Part shown: one piece after another, positions 38,104 to 50,838 of the stretch
How positions within the stretch are numbered: the first letter of the stretch is position 1
How the letters are laid out: each line of letters opens with the position of its first letter
Assembly: GCA_050273025.1 (NCBI GenBank)
Contig: CP158635.1
Location: forward strand, 30,442,001 to 30,506,000
Direction: 5' to 3'
Source: Cenococcum geophilum
Lineage: Eukaryota
DNA length: 64,000 nucleotides
Notes under the pieces: generated by a model
What the model saw: only the letters and a program-made list of their open reading frames with translations
Told to the model about the DNA's origin: nothing
The model's database searches: none
Position numbers and translations under genes: made by a program

Positions 38104-38334
38104 ACGTGGGTGATAGGGTTATGACGGCGATATAGTTATGACGGTCGGCTACTACCGCCTTCCTGATGTAGATGGAACACCAAAATACTGCCGAAATACT
38201 ACCTTGGGTCGTGCACGACCCAACAGGGCATTTTGGTAGTATTTCGGCAGTATTTTGGTGTTCCATCTACATCAGGAAGGCGGTAGTAGCCGACCGTCAT
38301 AACTATATCGCCGTCATAACCCTATCACCTACGT
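38104..38334. mobile_element. MITE (Fot1/pogo-like ACGT ends, TA TSD), 231-bp near-perfect palindrome
   Basis: 100-bp arms at 38104-38203 and 38235-38334 with one mismatch, TA on both sides. The 31-bp spacer holds a perfect 20-bp palindrome. Confidence 0.9.
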
Positions 38335-39075
38335 TATTTAATTAATCGCCAAAAGTTAACGAAGGGACGTCGGACGCGCGCGCAGCTTCTGAATCGAATT
38401 CGAATTTGCCAGCTTTAAAATCAGCAAGAGCCCTTTATAAGTTCTGCTCCTTTTGATCCCTATTGAACAGTTGGTTGCGTAGAAAGTGGGGGGACAAATC
38501 GGTGGTTTGATTTTGGTTTGGTGGCCGGGTTCAGGGGAGCCGAGTTCTAGGGGTCCGAGGTACAGTACCTTAGAGGATAGATTGTCATTCCTAAGTACGT
38601 ACGAATTACTACGGTATCAAGGTTATATTTTATGGGTGGGTCGCAAGCAGCCAGGGCCCCACAATTCATTACACCTCTCTATGTAATTAATATACGTTTA
38701 TTCATACATCTTCAGCTAAATCTCTTTAATATTTACCAACAATCATTAATTGCAAAGCCACCTTTAACCCCTGTATGCACCTATGTACCCGCCTCACCCA
38801 CAAATTATAACCCTGATACCGTAGTAGTTGTCGCCGTACAAATTATAGGATAGGTATATGCACTAATCTCGCTGAAAATTTTTACAGCTGAAAGCCTCGT
38901 GTTTGATACTCTATGACTCCTTCCCAGAAGGATTCTCGGGCTTGGCTGCATAACCCACAAATTGAGTCATCCGTGCACCGTTGGACGATCTGTGGGCTGA
39001 CTTTAAAGCTTAAGAGCGGAAAACCTGAAAGTGCCACCGTTCTTTTACTGAAAAAGCTGAACCGCCAACTCTGTA

Positions 39076-42000
39076 ATGTCCCTCTTGACGTTGTGGCCAA
39101 TCTTGACAGCTGCTTCCGGCCTCTTTTTTACGCTCTTCGCATCCGGACCAGCCCTCGCACACCTCACCCAAATCTCTCTCCACGGATACAAGCAACTCGA
39201 TAAAGATCAACTTTATGTAGACAAAGATGGGACTGCGACTGCAGAAAGCCAACGGACCTTCCCTTCCAGTAGACTTCAAACAACCGTACTATCGATTTCA
39301 TCACTTGCCGGAGCTTCGTTGGCTCTTAGCTCTGCTATTTGTGAAGATTCAAGTCGCTCAAACAAATATGATTGTATCGAAGCATTAGAATGGCTCAACT
39401 TTGCGGCTTTAGTGAGTATTTACTTCTTCGTACTCAAATGAGCCTCAACACCTACCTCTTATCCCAACTGCAACACATTTCGACTAACACCCGTTCAAAC
39501 ATTCCAATATCCTGTTGTTTTCCCGTTTCCTTGGGTTTGTAATGAACAGTGGCTGTCATGAATATGGAAATTTGCAACCCAATTGTGCCGTATAGCGGTC
39601 AAGCAGTCACCACTTGACACAAAAGCGATCTTCATTAATTGCAGCATGCTAACTTGTGTACAGATCTTTGTATTCATACAGTCATCCACCATCACACTGA
39701 CAAAAGATCCCCTGCGCCGGTTTGAACTCACAATTAATAGTGCCGCAACACAAGCTGTCTTACTCGCCGTAATGTGCCTTCAGCAAAACGTTTGGGAACT
39801 AAGCCGTCCACATCAAGACTTCGTGATTGGAGAGATAATTCTATTACTAATCGGATTTTCGGTATGCTTAACATTTCCCCGAAGACCAGAAGTGTATCAT
39901 GCTGGGAAGGTTGTAGATGGTCAGTGGACCGTCTCAGCAATCACCCATCTCTCGTGTTCGTGGTGTACACCTCTACTAGCACTTGCCGTATCCAAAGGAC
40001 ACCTCAGTTTGGAAGATCTGCCTACAATGAATCATATAGCCAGGTCAAGAGAACTCCATGATTCTTTCAACAAAAGAGGGCGAAAGGGTAAACTTGCTAA
40101 ACTCGTCATCATCTCGCATGCACCAGCCATAATATTGCAACACGTAATTACCTTAATAGATGCCGTCATGGCATTTATGCCTCAATATTGTTTCTTTAAG
40201 CTCTTGAGGGCTCTCGAGAATCAGTCGTCCGATGTTTCGGTAAGTATAACTGCGACAACCTGGGCAGCTGGATTAGGCCTATCTATGCTGCTTCTGAACT
40301 TTGCTGGTACGTTGAAAGTATTGCTTAACTATGATATCATCTGTTGATCAATTCTGACCATTTACAGGGACTTACATGTGGTAAGGCCAGCGTCATATTT
40401 TCTTCTCTCTCGCATTCCGCATTCTTGGTTTACCATAAAAATATAGGTTCACGAGCCGCAATCTTATTCATGTACCTCTCCGTGTGCAACTCTCCGCTCT
40501 GATTTTTGCGAAATCACTGCGCCGAAAGGATGTCAAAGGTGTCCAAAGGCGCCAATCTGTAGCAGCTAATATCGACGGAGAATCCCCTATGGTTACCGTC
40601 GATGGTGGCGGTGAGGTTGAAGGGCATAATGAGCCGGAGGAAGACTTACGCAAGACTCGCCAAGGAACTATCAATCTCGTTGGTTTTGATGTAGCTAGAG
40701 TCGCGGATTTTACAATATTCCAGAATTTCTTTCTTCTGGTCATCGGCAAGATGGCAACATCGTTCACTTTCCTAGGCCTCATTATCGGGTAAAGCATTTC
40801 AAAGCCATCAGAACTACAGTACTGTAAATAGACTAATTCGAAATAGGTGGCAGGCACTACTTGCAGGTATTACAGTGCAGCTCATAACATTTCCCCTTAA
40901 TGCTCATTATGCCAAAAAGTATACTGGTGCTCAGGTGCGTTTGGTCTGCTTGGGAGATTCCTTAGAATCTTTTTCATTGATACATTACTCCCGAGCGACG
41001 TTTCATTTCCTATACTTTGCTGAAAGAATCCCGTCTTGCTCTCAAACATCACCTTACATTAATTTCCTTCCTGTTAGCATATGCTACTACCTAGGACTTG
41101 AACTGGACTAATTTGCCTTATACTTCTTAGACCGATCTCATGAATGCTCGCGATAGGAAACTCGCGGTTTTAAATGAAGCTCTTTCCGGAATACGCCAAA
41201 TTAAACTTTCGGCACTAGAAAACCGATGGCAGGAGAGGATTCTGGAAACCCGCGAGCAGGAACTTAATAAAATATGGGCAGGGTATCGTGCTGATTGTGC
41301 CCTTATATTTTCGTGGGTCTTAGGGCCCGTCCTACTCTCTGCCGTCTGCATTTCAGTATATGCAATGATACATGGAAGTATCTCGGCATCGATTGCGTTT
41401 ACAACAATCAGCATTCTAGGGCAAATTCAATCAGACATGGCCTGGGTTCCGGAATTAATCATGCATGCCATAGAAGCTTGGATCAGCTTGGAAAGAATCG
41501 AGGCATATTTGAATGCTCCTGAAAAGATTAATCGCACTGTTCCTGGAGAGGCGATTTTATTTAAGAATGCGAAAATTGCGTGGCCCTCAGATGATGACGT
41601 TAATGAAGGGACCTTTGTCCTAAGGGATTTGAACCTTGCAATTCCTAATAATGAGCTGAGCGTTATTTCTGGACAGACTGGTTCAGGCAAGAGCCTTTTA
41701 CTGGCCGCAATACTGGGCGAGGTTGATCTTCTAGGTGGGTCGATAACAGTTCCGAGAGCTCCTTCTCCCCACGAGAGGTATGATATGAAGGCAAACTCAT
41801 CAAACTGGATAATCCCATCAGTTCTGGCTTTTGTGAGTCAGCAACCCTGGATAGAGAATTGTACCTTCAGAGATAACGTCCTATTCGGGTTGCCCTACCA
41901 TGAAGAGCGATATAGAAAGGTGCTTTCTGCTTGTGCCCTGGATCAGGACCTTCATCTCTTAACCGATGGAGATATGACAGAGATTGGCGCCAACGGGATT

Positions 42001-44694
42001 AACTTGAGCGGTGGACAGAGATGGCGCATTACCCTCGCTCGAGCACTGTACTCAAGAGCTGGGATACTGGTCATGGATGACATTTTTAGTGCCGTCGATG
42101 CCCATGTTGGCCGTCATCTTTTGGAGAATGCCATAGCGGGTGAACTTGGCCAAAACCGCACAAGGATCGTAGTAACTCATCATGTCAGCTTATGCCTCCC
42201 TAAGACGAAATATGCCATCCACCTGGGAGACGGCACGGTGGACCATGCAGGGCTGGTGGATGAGCTTCAAAAGAGAGGCGAGCTCCAAGAACTCCTCAAG
42301 GATGAAGAACAGGCAATCTCCGAGGAGGAAGACTGCATTCCGCTCTCGGCACAAGAAATGGTCAAGAAAAGAACATTTTCTGTCAGTTCTAATCATGGTC
42401 CACGGCGAACTTCTGCAAGCAGCAAAGAGCGTATCCGTAGGAGTAGTAGACTCTCTCAACGTCGGATGTCTACTTTCAGCTCAAGATCTCATCAGTTCGA
42501 TGATGGTGAACTCTTAGTTAGCTCGAAAGCTCCTCCTAAGAAGTTTGTTGAGGAAGAGACAAAAAAAACCGGACGTGTATCTTTCTCAGTCTACTATCAG
42601 TATATGGTAGCGGCTGGTGGTGCATGGTTCTGGTGTGGGATCTTCGCTATATTTGCATTCTATGAAGTGGCTTATCTCGGACAAGTAAGCTAGTTTCACG
42701 TATTAGGAAGCTATACCGGCTATATCCTAGCTTTTCGAGTTCGAGCATACGTATGCTAACCTTCAATAGTTCTTCTGGGTTGCAGTATGGACTCGAAGCT
42801 ATAAGGCTAAAGAAACACTGATGCGAATGGTATCAAATCCTTACCCTTTTCAGGCGTTCACTGTTCCCTCCTTTCACCTGGATAGCATGGATCCCGAGCT
42901 TCAGTATTACCTTTCTATATACTTCGGGATTGCATTGTTCCTCTGTGTGGAGGGTGCTTTGCGATACTTCATTGTATACTGGAGTTCTATTAACGCGAGC
43001 CGGAAGCTCTTTCACGACTTCACGTATGCTGTTCTTCGAGCTCCATTGAGATGGCTTGATACAGTACCTCTGGGCCGGATTTTGAACAGATTCACTAGCG
43101 ATTTCAAAGTGGTCGACTCTGAACTGAGCATAGCTGTGTCGATGGTGCTCAATTTCTCTATGAGAATCGTTGGCATCACGGTAGCAGGGTAAGCATATAT
43201 ATTTTTACTTGTTAAATTTGCGAGATAGGGATTACAGTCAAAACTTCAGATCATCTGAAGTTCGATTTCAGCACTCGAAGCATTTGCAAACTCACCGTGC
43301 TGACCTATCGTAACAGACTCATGGTCTCGCCCTACGTGATTGTCTTCGCACTCATCCTATTTGCGGTAAACGGTCGCTTCGCATTTTATTTCATGCAGGG
43401 CGCTCGTGAGGCTAAAAGGCTGGAGAGTGTAACAAAAAGCCCGGTATTTGAGCTTTTCGGGACTGCGCTGACAGGCTTGAGCACCATTCGCGCCTTTTCA
43501 AAAACGGACGTTTACATAAATAATATGTTTGAGAAAATCGATGCTCACGGCCGGTCGGTCTGGTACATGTGGCTATTCAACCAATGGCTTGTCTTTCGGC
43601 TTGGAGTGCTTGGAGCCATCTTTACTGCGGCGATGGCCTTCCTCGTCGTGTCAGTGCAAAATATTGGTGCTCCGCTTGCTGGATTTGCTTTGACTTTCAC
43701 ACTTCAATACTCCGAGTCTGTTATGTGGGTACTTAGACAGTTCGCAACCGTCGAACTGGGCATGAACGCCACGGAGAGGATTCTAGAGTACTCTGAGCTC
43801 CCGATCGAAGATCCCAGCGGCGCTGACCCACCTGCTGCATGGCCTACAGAGGGACGACTTGAAGTGACGGACTTGGTGATTGGCTATGCTCCTGACTTAC
43901 CTCCGGTACTTAAAGGCCTCACCTTCAGCATCAAGCCAAACGAGCGAATTGGTGTGGTTGGACGAACTGGAGCCGGCAAATCCTCACTCACACTCGCGCT
44001 CTTCCGTTTCCTCGAGGCGCGCGAAGGCAGTATCATCATTGACGGGGTAGACATCTCCAAAATCAAGCTGAAGGATCTGCGAAGCCGGTTAGCCATTATT
44101 CCGCAAGACCCGGTCCTCTTCTCCGGCACTGTCCGCTCGAATCTTGACCCGTTCGACGAGCACTCAGACAGCGAACTACGGGAAGCATTGCAGCGTGTCC
44201 ACCTGACTCCATCTTCATCAAGTCCCTCAGCGACCGCTTCTTCGTCCTCGTCTACTGTCGGTGTCACTGAACCTGGACGGGCCTCTCAATCAAATATCAA
44301 CCCCTTCGCCTCTCTCTCCACTGCCATTGCCGAGAGCGGGCAGAACCTCTCCCAAGGCCAGCGACAGCTGCTCTGTCTCGCGCGCGCGATTCTCTCACGG
44401 CCTAAGCTGCTGGTTCTTGACGAAGCGACTTCGGCCGTTGATAAGGCGACCGACGAGCTCATCCAGCGCAGCATCCGCGACGAGTTCAAGAATAGCACCC
44501 TTATTGTGATTGCGCATCGGCTCAGCACCATTGCGGATTTCGATCGTATCCTGGTTATGGGTGAGGGCAGGGTCATCGAGTATGGTACGCTGAGAGAGCT
44601 GTTGGAGATGAGAGGAGCATTCGGAGAGTTGGTGGGTAGGAGTGGGGAGGAGGAGCTGCTGAGGGAGGTGATTTTTAATAATGGTGGAAGGTGA
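39076..44694 (+). CDS. ABCC/MRP-type full-size ABC transporter (Ybt1/Bpt1-like), multi-exon
   Basis: NBD1 motifs [22 protein letters not shown] and [11 protein letters not shown]2 motifs [17 protein letters not shown] and LDEATS. Two TMDs. Includes a 13-nt micro-exon at 40368-40380 that keeps the frame. Confidence 0.93.
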
Positions 44695-45247
44695 GAGGCA
44701 ACGATTGAGAGGCTAAAAACTGCGGCGTAATTTGTTAAATTGTATGGAGCTCGGAGTCAATACTTGAACTGTTTCTTTCTCTCATCTTGCCTTCTTGAGC
44801 ACACGTCTGAAAGGAGTGAATGGCCGCTGTCTGCTATGGCGCCCGGCTCTGGAAAGGTTTACCCGACAAAAGGGTTAGCGTGGGCGGACTTTAACTTTGA
44901 CCTCAACGATCTTGGCCGGACATATAAACGTCATTACCTCCGGCCGGACGAGAAAGGCAAAACTCTCTTCCAAGGCATCGTCATGAGTGTGAGATATTGT
45001 TAGTAAGTTGTGAGAGCATTTTCACAAAGAATTCCTATCATAATGACTAAGGTATACAAACGTTGCAGGTCATAAACCACAAAGAAGAGACAGTTTTTCA
45101 AACCTCCAGCCAGGACACCACGCCTACAATTGGTATATGACTGCTTAAGGCCGAATCCTAATGATCTATACTAACCACAGCCCAACACTGTAGGCCAAGA
45201 TATTAATCCCTTTTTTTCCTTAACTAAATCTCCACGTCGAAGCTCCA

Positions 45248-46234
45248 TTAAAAGTTATCCAAAATCCCCGGCTGGATCCTGTCCAACTTCTCAGACAAGT
45301 CCTTCCACACACACACCTGCATCTCCTTCCCAAGCGGGCTCCTCACCAGCTTCGCCGGTGGGCAGACCTCGCAGTCACTCAAATACTCGCCGTGGCTCTC
45401 GTGACCCATGCTAGCGGCGCTCACCAGTGTGCGACTGCCGACCTCGGTCGAGCGAGCGTGCATTAAGAACTTCAACACGCGGCCCGGCAGCCCCATCTCG
45501 CGCATCAGCTCCGAGTGGCAGAAGCCCGGGTTGAGGAAGTTGATGGTGACGGGGTAGCCCTTTGGCGCGCGTGTCGCGACGATCTCGCGGCACACCAGCA
45601 CCTCCAGCATCTTGCTGACATTGTAGCGGTCGTTCATGCGGGCCTTCTTGGGGTCTGACAGCGTCTTGAAGACGGATTCGCCGGGCGGCGTCATGCCGTA
45701 CTCCGGGAAGTTGGTGATGAAGTGCACCTCGGAGCTCACGATGACAAGGTTCGGGCGCGTGTTGAAGCGCTTCGCCGTCTCCTTGAGCTTCGGCAGGACC
45801 AGCAGCGCGAGCAGGAACGTGCAGACGACGTTGGTCGTGATGATCGTCTCGTCCTCTTCCGCCATTCTGAACTGCCGCGTGCTGACCCCGGCGTTCTCCA
45901 CTATCGCGTCGATCCGCTGCAGCCCGTTACAGCGCTCCGCGAACGCTTTCACCGACTCGTACGAGCACAGGTCCAGCGGCCAGGCTTCGACGATGTCGGA
46001 CCCGCATTTGGTCGTTTGCTCGATCGATTTTTTGGCTGTTTCGGCTTTCTGCGCGTTGCGTGATGCGATGATTACTTTGGCGGCGCCGAGCCGTGCGAAA
46101 TGGCGTGCGGCTTCGAGGCCTAGACCTACGTTTGCGCCGGTCACGATGACGGTTTTGCCGGCCCACGATTCGGTGGGGTAGGGTGGGGTGATGAACCATT
46201 GCGAGTAGAAGAAGGAGAGGAACCAGTGGGTCAT
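45248..46234 (-). CDS. Short-chain dehydrogenase/reductase (retinol-dehydrogenase-like)
   Basis: Intronless 328-aa ORF with VTGANVGLG Rossmann motif, ENAG and catalytic YNVSK. Confidence 0.93.
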   Translation of the reverse strand: MTHWFLSFFYSQWFITPPYPTESWAGKTVIVTGANVGLGLEAARHFARLGAAKVIIASRNAQKAETAKKSIEQTTKCGSDIVEAWPLDLCSYESVKAFAERCNGLQRIDAIVENAGVSTRQFRMAEEDETIITTNVVCTFLLALLVLPKLKETAKRFNTRPNLVIVSSEVHFITNFPEYGMTPPGESVFKTLSDPKKARMNDRYNVSKMLEVLVCREIVATRAPKGYPVTINFLNPGFCHSELMREMGLPGRVLKFLMHARSTEVGSRTLVSAASMGHESHGEYLSDCEVCPPAKLVRSPLGKEMQVCVWKDLSEKLDRIQPGILDNF

Positions 46235-46721
46235 TTTGGCGTGGGTTTAAGGAAATTTGGGTGGCTATGTAGATACAATGGAATAAAAATGATGGTAGAT
46301 AAGTTGGTTTTGAGTTTTAGGAATGGACTGGTTGAAAGTTGGAAGTAGAAGTAGATAATAGACTGGATGGAATAGTGCTGGGATTAGAACAAATGCGGGA
46401 TTATATATTTCTAGGGAATGCTGCAAGGACTTAAATGAACGATACTGGAACGGAGATGGATTTATTAACTATCATTATCTCCGCCCGTGCGGCCGGTCTT
46501 GTGGTGAGCTTTCTCGCCGGTCCTATCCTTGTATGGCCCGGCATGTTTAGTGTAACACTGCTTCTGAGGATTTTTTGCTTCCTGTGGGCGTGAACTAATG
46601 GGCTTGAACCACAATAACTGGATAAAATAATCATCCTAAACGGACTGTATCTTGTTTGTCCCCAATGAAGCCATCATTTAAGATACAATTCCTAAAGTTA
46701 AAATTTATAACGCAGCGCTTT

Positions 46722-47079
46722 TATCAATATTTAATACTTATGGATAAGGATTTAGTATTTTTCAATAGCACCATAATAACGTATTATTGAATTAATTATA
46801 AATTAAAAAGCGTTTGGATATCTATATTATTGTTTTAATAATATAATTTTTTCTAGATATTAAAAAATACTAAATCCTTATCGATAAGTATTGAATATTA
46901 ATAGGCCACACCCCTAAATGATACGCGTACACCCCCCAATTGATACGCATACACCCCTTACCCAAAAAAGCTTATTGAAGTGGAAGGATCTGAGCTTGTT
47001 TGGGTAGGGGGTATATGCGTATCAATTGGGGGGTGTACGTATCATTTAGGGGTGTATGGTGAGCAGTGGCCTATTAATA
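46722..47079. repeat. Two adjacent MITE-like inverted-repeat elements
   Basis: A ~47-bp IR pair at 46722-46768 and 46857-46903 (contains CTTATCGATAAG). A ~65-bp IR pair spanning 46908-47055. Outer IR TATTAATAGGCCAC / GTGGCCTATTAATA at 46896 and 47066. Confidence 0.75.
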
Positions 47080-47442
47080 AGAGCACTCTAATCCTTTTAT
47101 GGGCCTTTATCCCTTGCAACGTTGATTCGTTGGTCCTTCTGGAGCTGTATTGATGAACATGCCCTTTAGATAGAGGGTCGCCGCATCTCGATCCTTCGAG
47201 ACCTCAATGGAGAAAAGCCCATTAGAATGGCAAGGGTCTTTATTAAATGGGGGACCCTTGCGATCAGTTCTCGCTCTCCCTGTTCGGCAGGATACAACAG
47301 CTGTGCCAAGCCGACTAGTCAAGTTCAGGTAACGTTTGCGTCGCATTGTGGGCTAACTTCCAAGCCTCAAACTATAAGTTTTGAAAAAACACCATTCATT
47401 CATTGAAATCGCTACCACCCTGTCCGCTTGGCTTGCAGCGAA

Positions 47443-49118
47443 ATGCGGCTCCTCGACGCTCGGACTATTACTCTTAGATCGTTCGTCTCCAAAAACGAAG
47501 TTCCTCAATATGCCATCTTGTCGCACACGTGGGGCCTAGAAGAAGTGACCTTTGACGATCTTAACGGAAGCGATCCCGGCCAATTACATGGATATAAGAA
47601 GATTATCGAGGCGTGTCGGCAAACCTATCAAGATGGCATACACTACCTGTGGATGGACACCTGTTGCATAGACAAGCGGAGTAGCTCCGAGCTCAGTGAG
47701 GCGATCAATTCTATGTTCAAGTGGTATCAAGCGGCGGCAGTATGCTATGCGTATCTGCAAGATGTGGAAGTTTCGGATATTGAGAGTTTCAAAAATCTGT
47801 CGTCTAACTTGAACTTGACATCTGAACAAGAAGCCCTCATCCAGGAAACACAATTTGCGAAGAGCAGATGGTGGACGCGAGGGTGGACGCTCCAAGAGTT
47901 AATCGCACCAAGTGAGCTCATCTTCTGCGACAAATTCTTCAGACGAATTGGATCAAAAAAAGAGCTTGTCCGGGTAATCAGCGTTATTTCAGGCATTGAT
48001 GAAGCGGTTCTATTGCATAAGCTCAGTCTCAAAGATGTCTGTGTCGCGACAAGGATGTCCTGGGCTGCAAAAAGGAAGACAACCAGAATTGAAGACATAG
48101 CGTATTCCTTAATCAATATCTTCGGCATCGACATGGCTATGCTCTATGGTGAAGGAAATAGGGCTTTTATTCGACTGCAAGAGGAAATAATCAAGTCGAC
48201 AAATGACCAATCTATCTTTGCTTGGAATGGATACAACGACGAGAACGGCTCCTGTTCGCTCCTCGGCCATCATGCTTCAGGAGCACGGACCGGATTGTTT
48301 CGCTGCAGCATTGGAAAAATACGTCAGAGTTCAGTTTAACAAATACTGGTTTGGACATCGCGCTACCACTTCTAAAGTCTAACGCAAACTCTCAAAAAGA
48401 CAGAGATGGAGCACTCTGTCATCATCGCTGTTGGGTAGCTCCACTCACCTGTCGATACGAGATGGACTTCTCTGGCCGCATCGCCCTTGAACTGGAGGAA
48501 ACGGAAGAAAAAGGGACTCTGGTACTACATCCCAGAATGCAGAGGCTGTTTGTCATTAAAGTAAATGCCGAAACAACACCCCGCCGCACGAAACCCGTTC
48601 CCGTTATAATTCGGCGAGAGAATCCCTTTACTCAAACCAGGACCAGAGCAAATCTTAGATATCAAGGTCTAAGCCCGGAGTTTGTGTTCAATAAGAAGTG
48701 TATTATTCAATGGCCTGGATATCAAGGTTTTCTTCAGGGTCGCCAATGTTATCCACCTGATTCATGGAACGAAAGACGGGATGTGCTATGGGTAAAACGG
48801 GGTGCCATTGTCATGGGTGCATTGCACCTTCTCACGCTAAATGGATCGGACACCGTTTTGAGAGTAGGGTATGAAAGGGAGGAGAAATATGGCGCGGTGA
48901 GCTGGAGCAAAGAGTGGATTGTGCTAGAAAACATTAAGACTGGAGCGGCGTTCCATGAATATTGTGTGAGCTGCCGGGAGGGGAATTCTCATCCCAAAAA
49001 GGTCCGCAAAGAATGGAAAATAAGACCCGTCGGGACTACAAGTTGTCTTGAGGCCAAAATTAGCAGATGCAATATTCTGGAAGAGGACGTTTTTCTTGTA
49101 GAAATCTCCGTTAAGTAG
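47443..49118 (+). pseudogene. HET-domain (heterokaryon incompatibility) gene with a single frameshift
   Basis: MRLLDA..., YAILSHTWG, WMDTCCIDKRSSSELSEAINSMFKWY, WWTRGWTLQELIAP and DQSIFAW. The continuation LLFAPRPSCF...LTNTGLDIALPL is in another frame from about 48249. Confidence 0.8.
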
Positions 49119-50838
49119 TATGCGACGATAGAACTCCTTGAACCATTCATTGCCGCATCAGTAAAAGTCGATCCTTCCTGAGATGAGCCGCTGGGTTCAA
49201 CTTCCGGATATGGTTAGACACTCGTAAGGGAGTCCTATTTAAGGAGGCGCAGTGCATTTTTGCGTGTGCAGGAAGGGGAAGGCCGGCTTTGCAATGCACT
49301 ATACACCCTCTTTAGCCTAGCCAAGAATGACGCATACTTTCTCTGGTGAGCGTTCAAGCACTTCGAAATGGTCTATAATCTTTGTCCTAACTTTATAATC
49401 ACAAGAACCCAATACCTGTTTCTCCCAAAGATGAAGCTTGATATTTGATAGAGTAAGAAGCTCGTATATATACATTAATAATCAGGTGGCTGGTGACAGC
49501 CACCCTATATTAGGCCCAGCCACCCGATTTTCAACACCAGTTAACATCGCCCTTAATTTTCTACAGCAGTACCTACCACTCGACGTGCCTGAAAACTCAG
49601 AATGTTGGAGAGCTTGGGACGCTCACTTTTGTTCCATTCCATGAGAAAATCTGGAATCGTGGCTGGGACAACGGCATCCACATTTCCATCATGGAGCCAG
49701 AGCCTGGCCGTTGTGTTCCGCGGCTGTGCAAACCGCGTTGCATGGCTGCACTAAAGAACGCCCAAATGCTTATTTCACGCCACTGCGGAGAGAATATCAC
49801 TTTCAATCTGGGGAATTACAACGGAATGTTCAATACGACATTGCTAGAAAGAGGTCCGATGCTCTAGTATAATTAAAGAACCGGAACCAACATACTTGCA
49901 GGAAGGAAAATGAGCGAAGGGGATACTGCATGGTGGAGATGTACGAGCGTCGGTACATCCTCGGCAGTGTCAACGCCTATTCGTTTGAAAGAATCGATTC
50001 GTACGAACAAAGTACCAACGAAAGACGGAAGCAGCTCGCGCATTGGCAGCAAGGCGTCCGAGGGTCCTCTGCGGATGGCGGGTGGTTGGAGCGCTATAAG
50101 CACTAGGTTCCAGAGCGGACTACTGGGCGTGGTGTAAATGACACAACATGTCAACTTGTGGATGGTGCACGTTGACCTAGTTCGAGCGCAAATTCACCTC
50201 GTGGGCGGAAGGCCAAACAATTGACCCAGACGCATCAGTTACCGCCGCAACTCAGACGTGATTCCATAACCGTTCGTGGTGCACCACCGGAATCACGTCT
50301 AAGGGCGTTTTTTAATATTTATTAAGCACGTCGGCCTATTTTATAAATTTCCCTATATTCACAGTTAAATTACTTAACTATACAGTTAAAACCCTTTATA
50401 ACGATATGACTTATTTAGCCGACCGTATCGTAATACTAAGTGTATCGTTGTATTCCGTATTTATATGTAAAATGCACCCAAAATTTATCTCATGAATCTG
50501 ACGCTCCGCAGAAGATTTGTTCCGTGACATGGGATAACGCATAGACCCTCTTCTGGACCAATTAGAACAGCGCACTAATTTTAGCCCCCTGCGCACCCCT
50601 GTCACCTAACAAAATCCTCTGCAGAGCGTCTGAGAGCTTATAGGCGTCGCTTTGGTAAGTGTCGGTATCACCCGGGGGGGTACTGCAATTGCAATATAAG
50701 GTAACTAGTTCTTGGTTTATTCGTGTTCTCTCTCGTCGTCCACTAAAAGAGAAAGAAAGGGGTAGTAAAGGTCGGGCTATCTATCGGGCCGTGGGCAGTC
50801 AGGTGACCTACGCTATACATACAGCCCCTGCCGCATAC

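Noticed and set aside
39076..46234. ABCC plus SDR as a secondary-metabolite cluster, or the SDR as retinal supplier for the opsin
   Set aside because: There is no PKS, NRPS or terpene backbone gene nearby. Retinol-DH-like is only a family label, and the opsin lacks the retinal-binding Lys.
49430..50180. Coding-like fragments downstream of the HET gene
   Set aside because: No recognisable motif or consistent exon chain.
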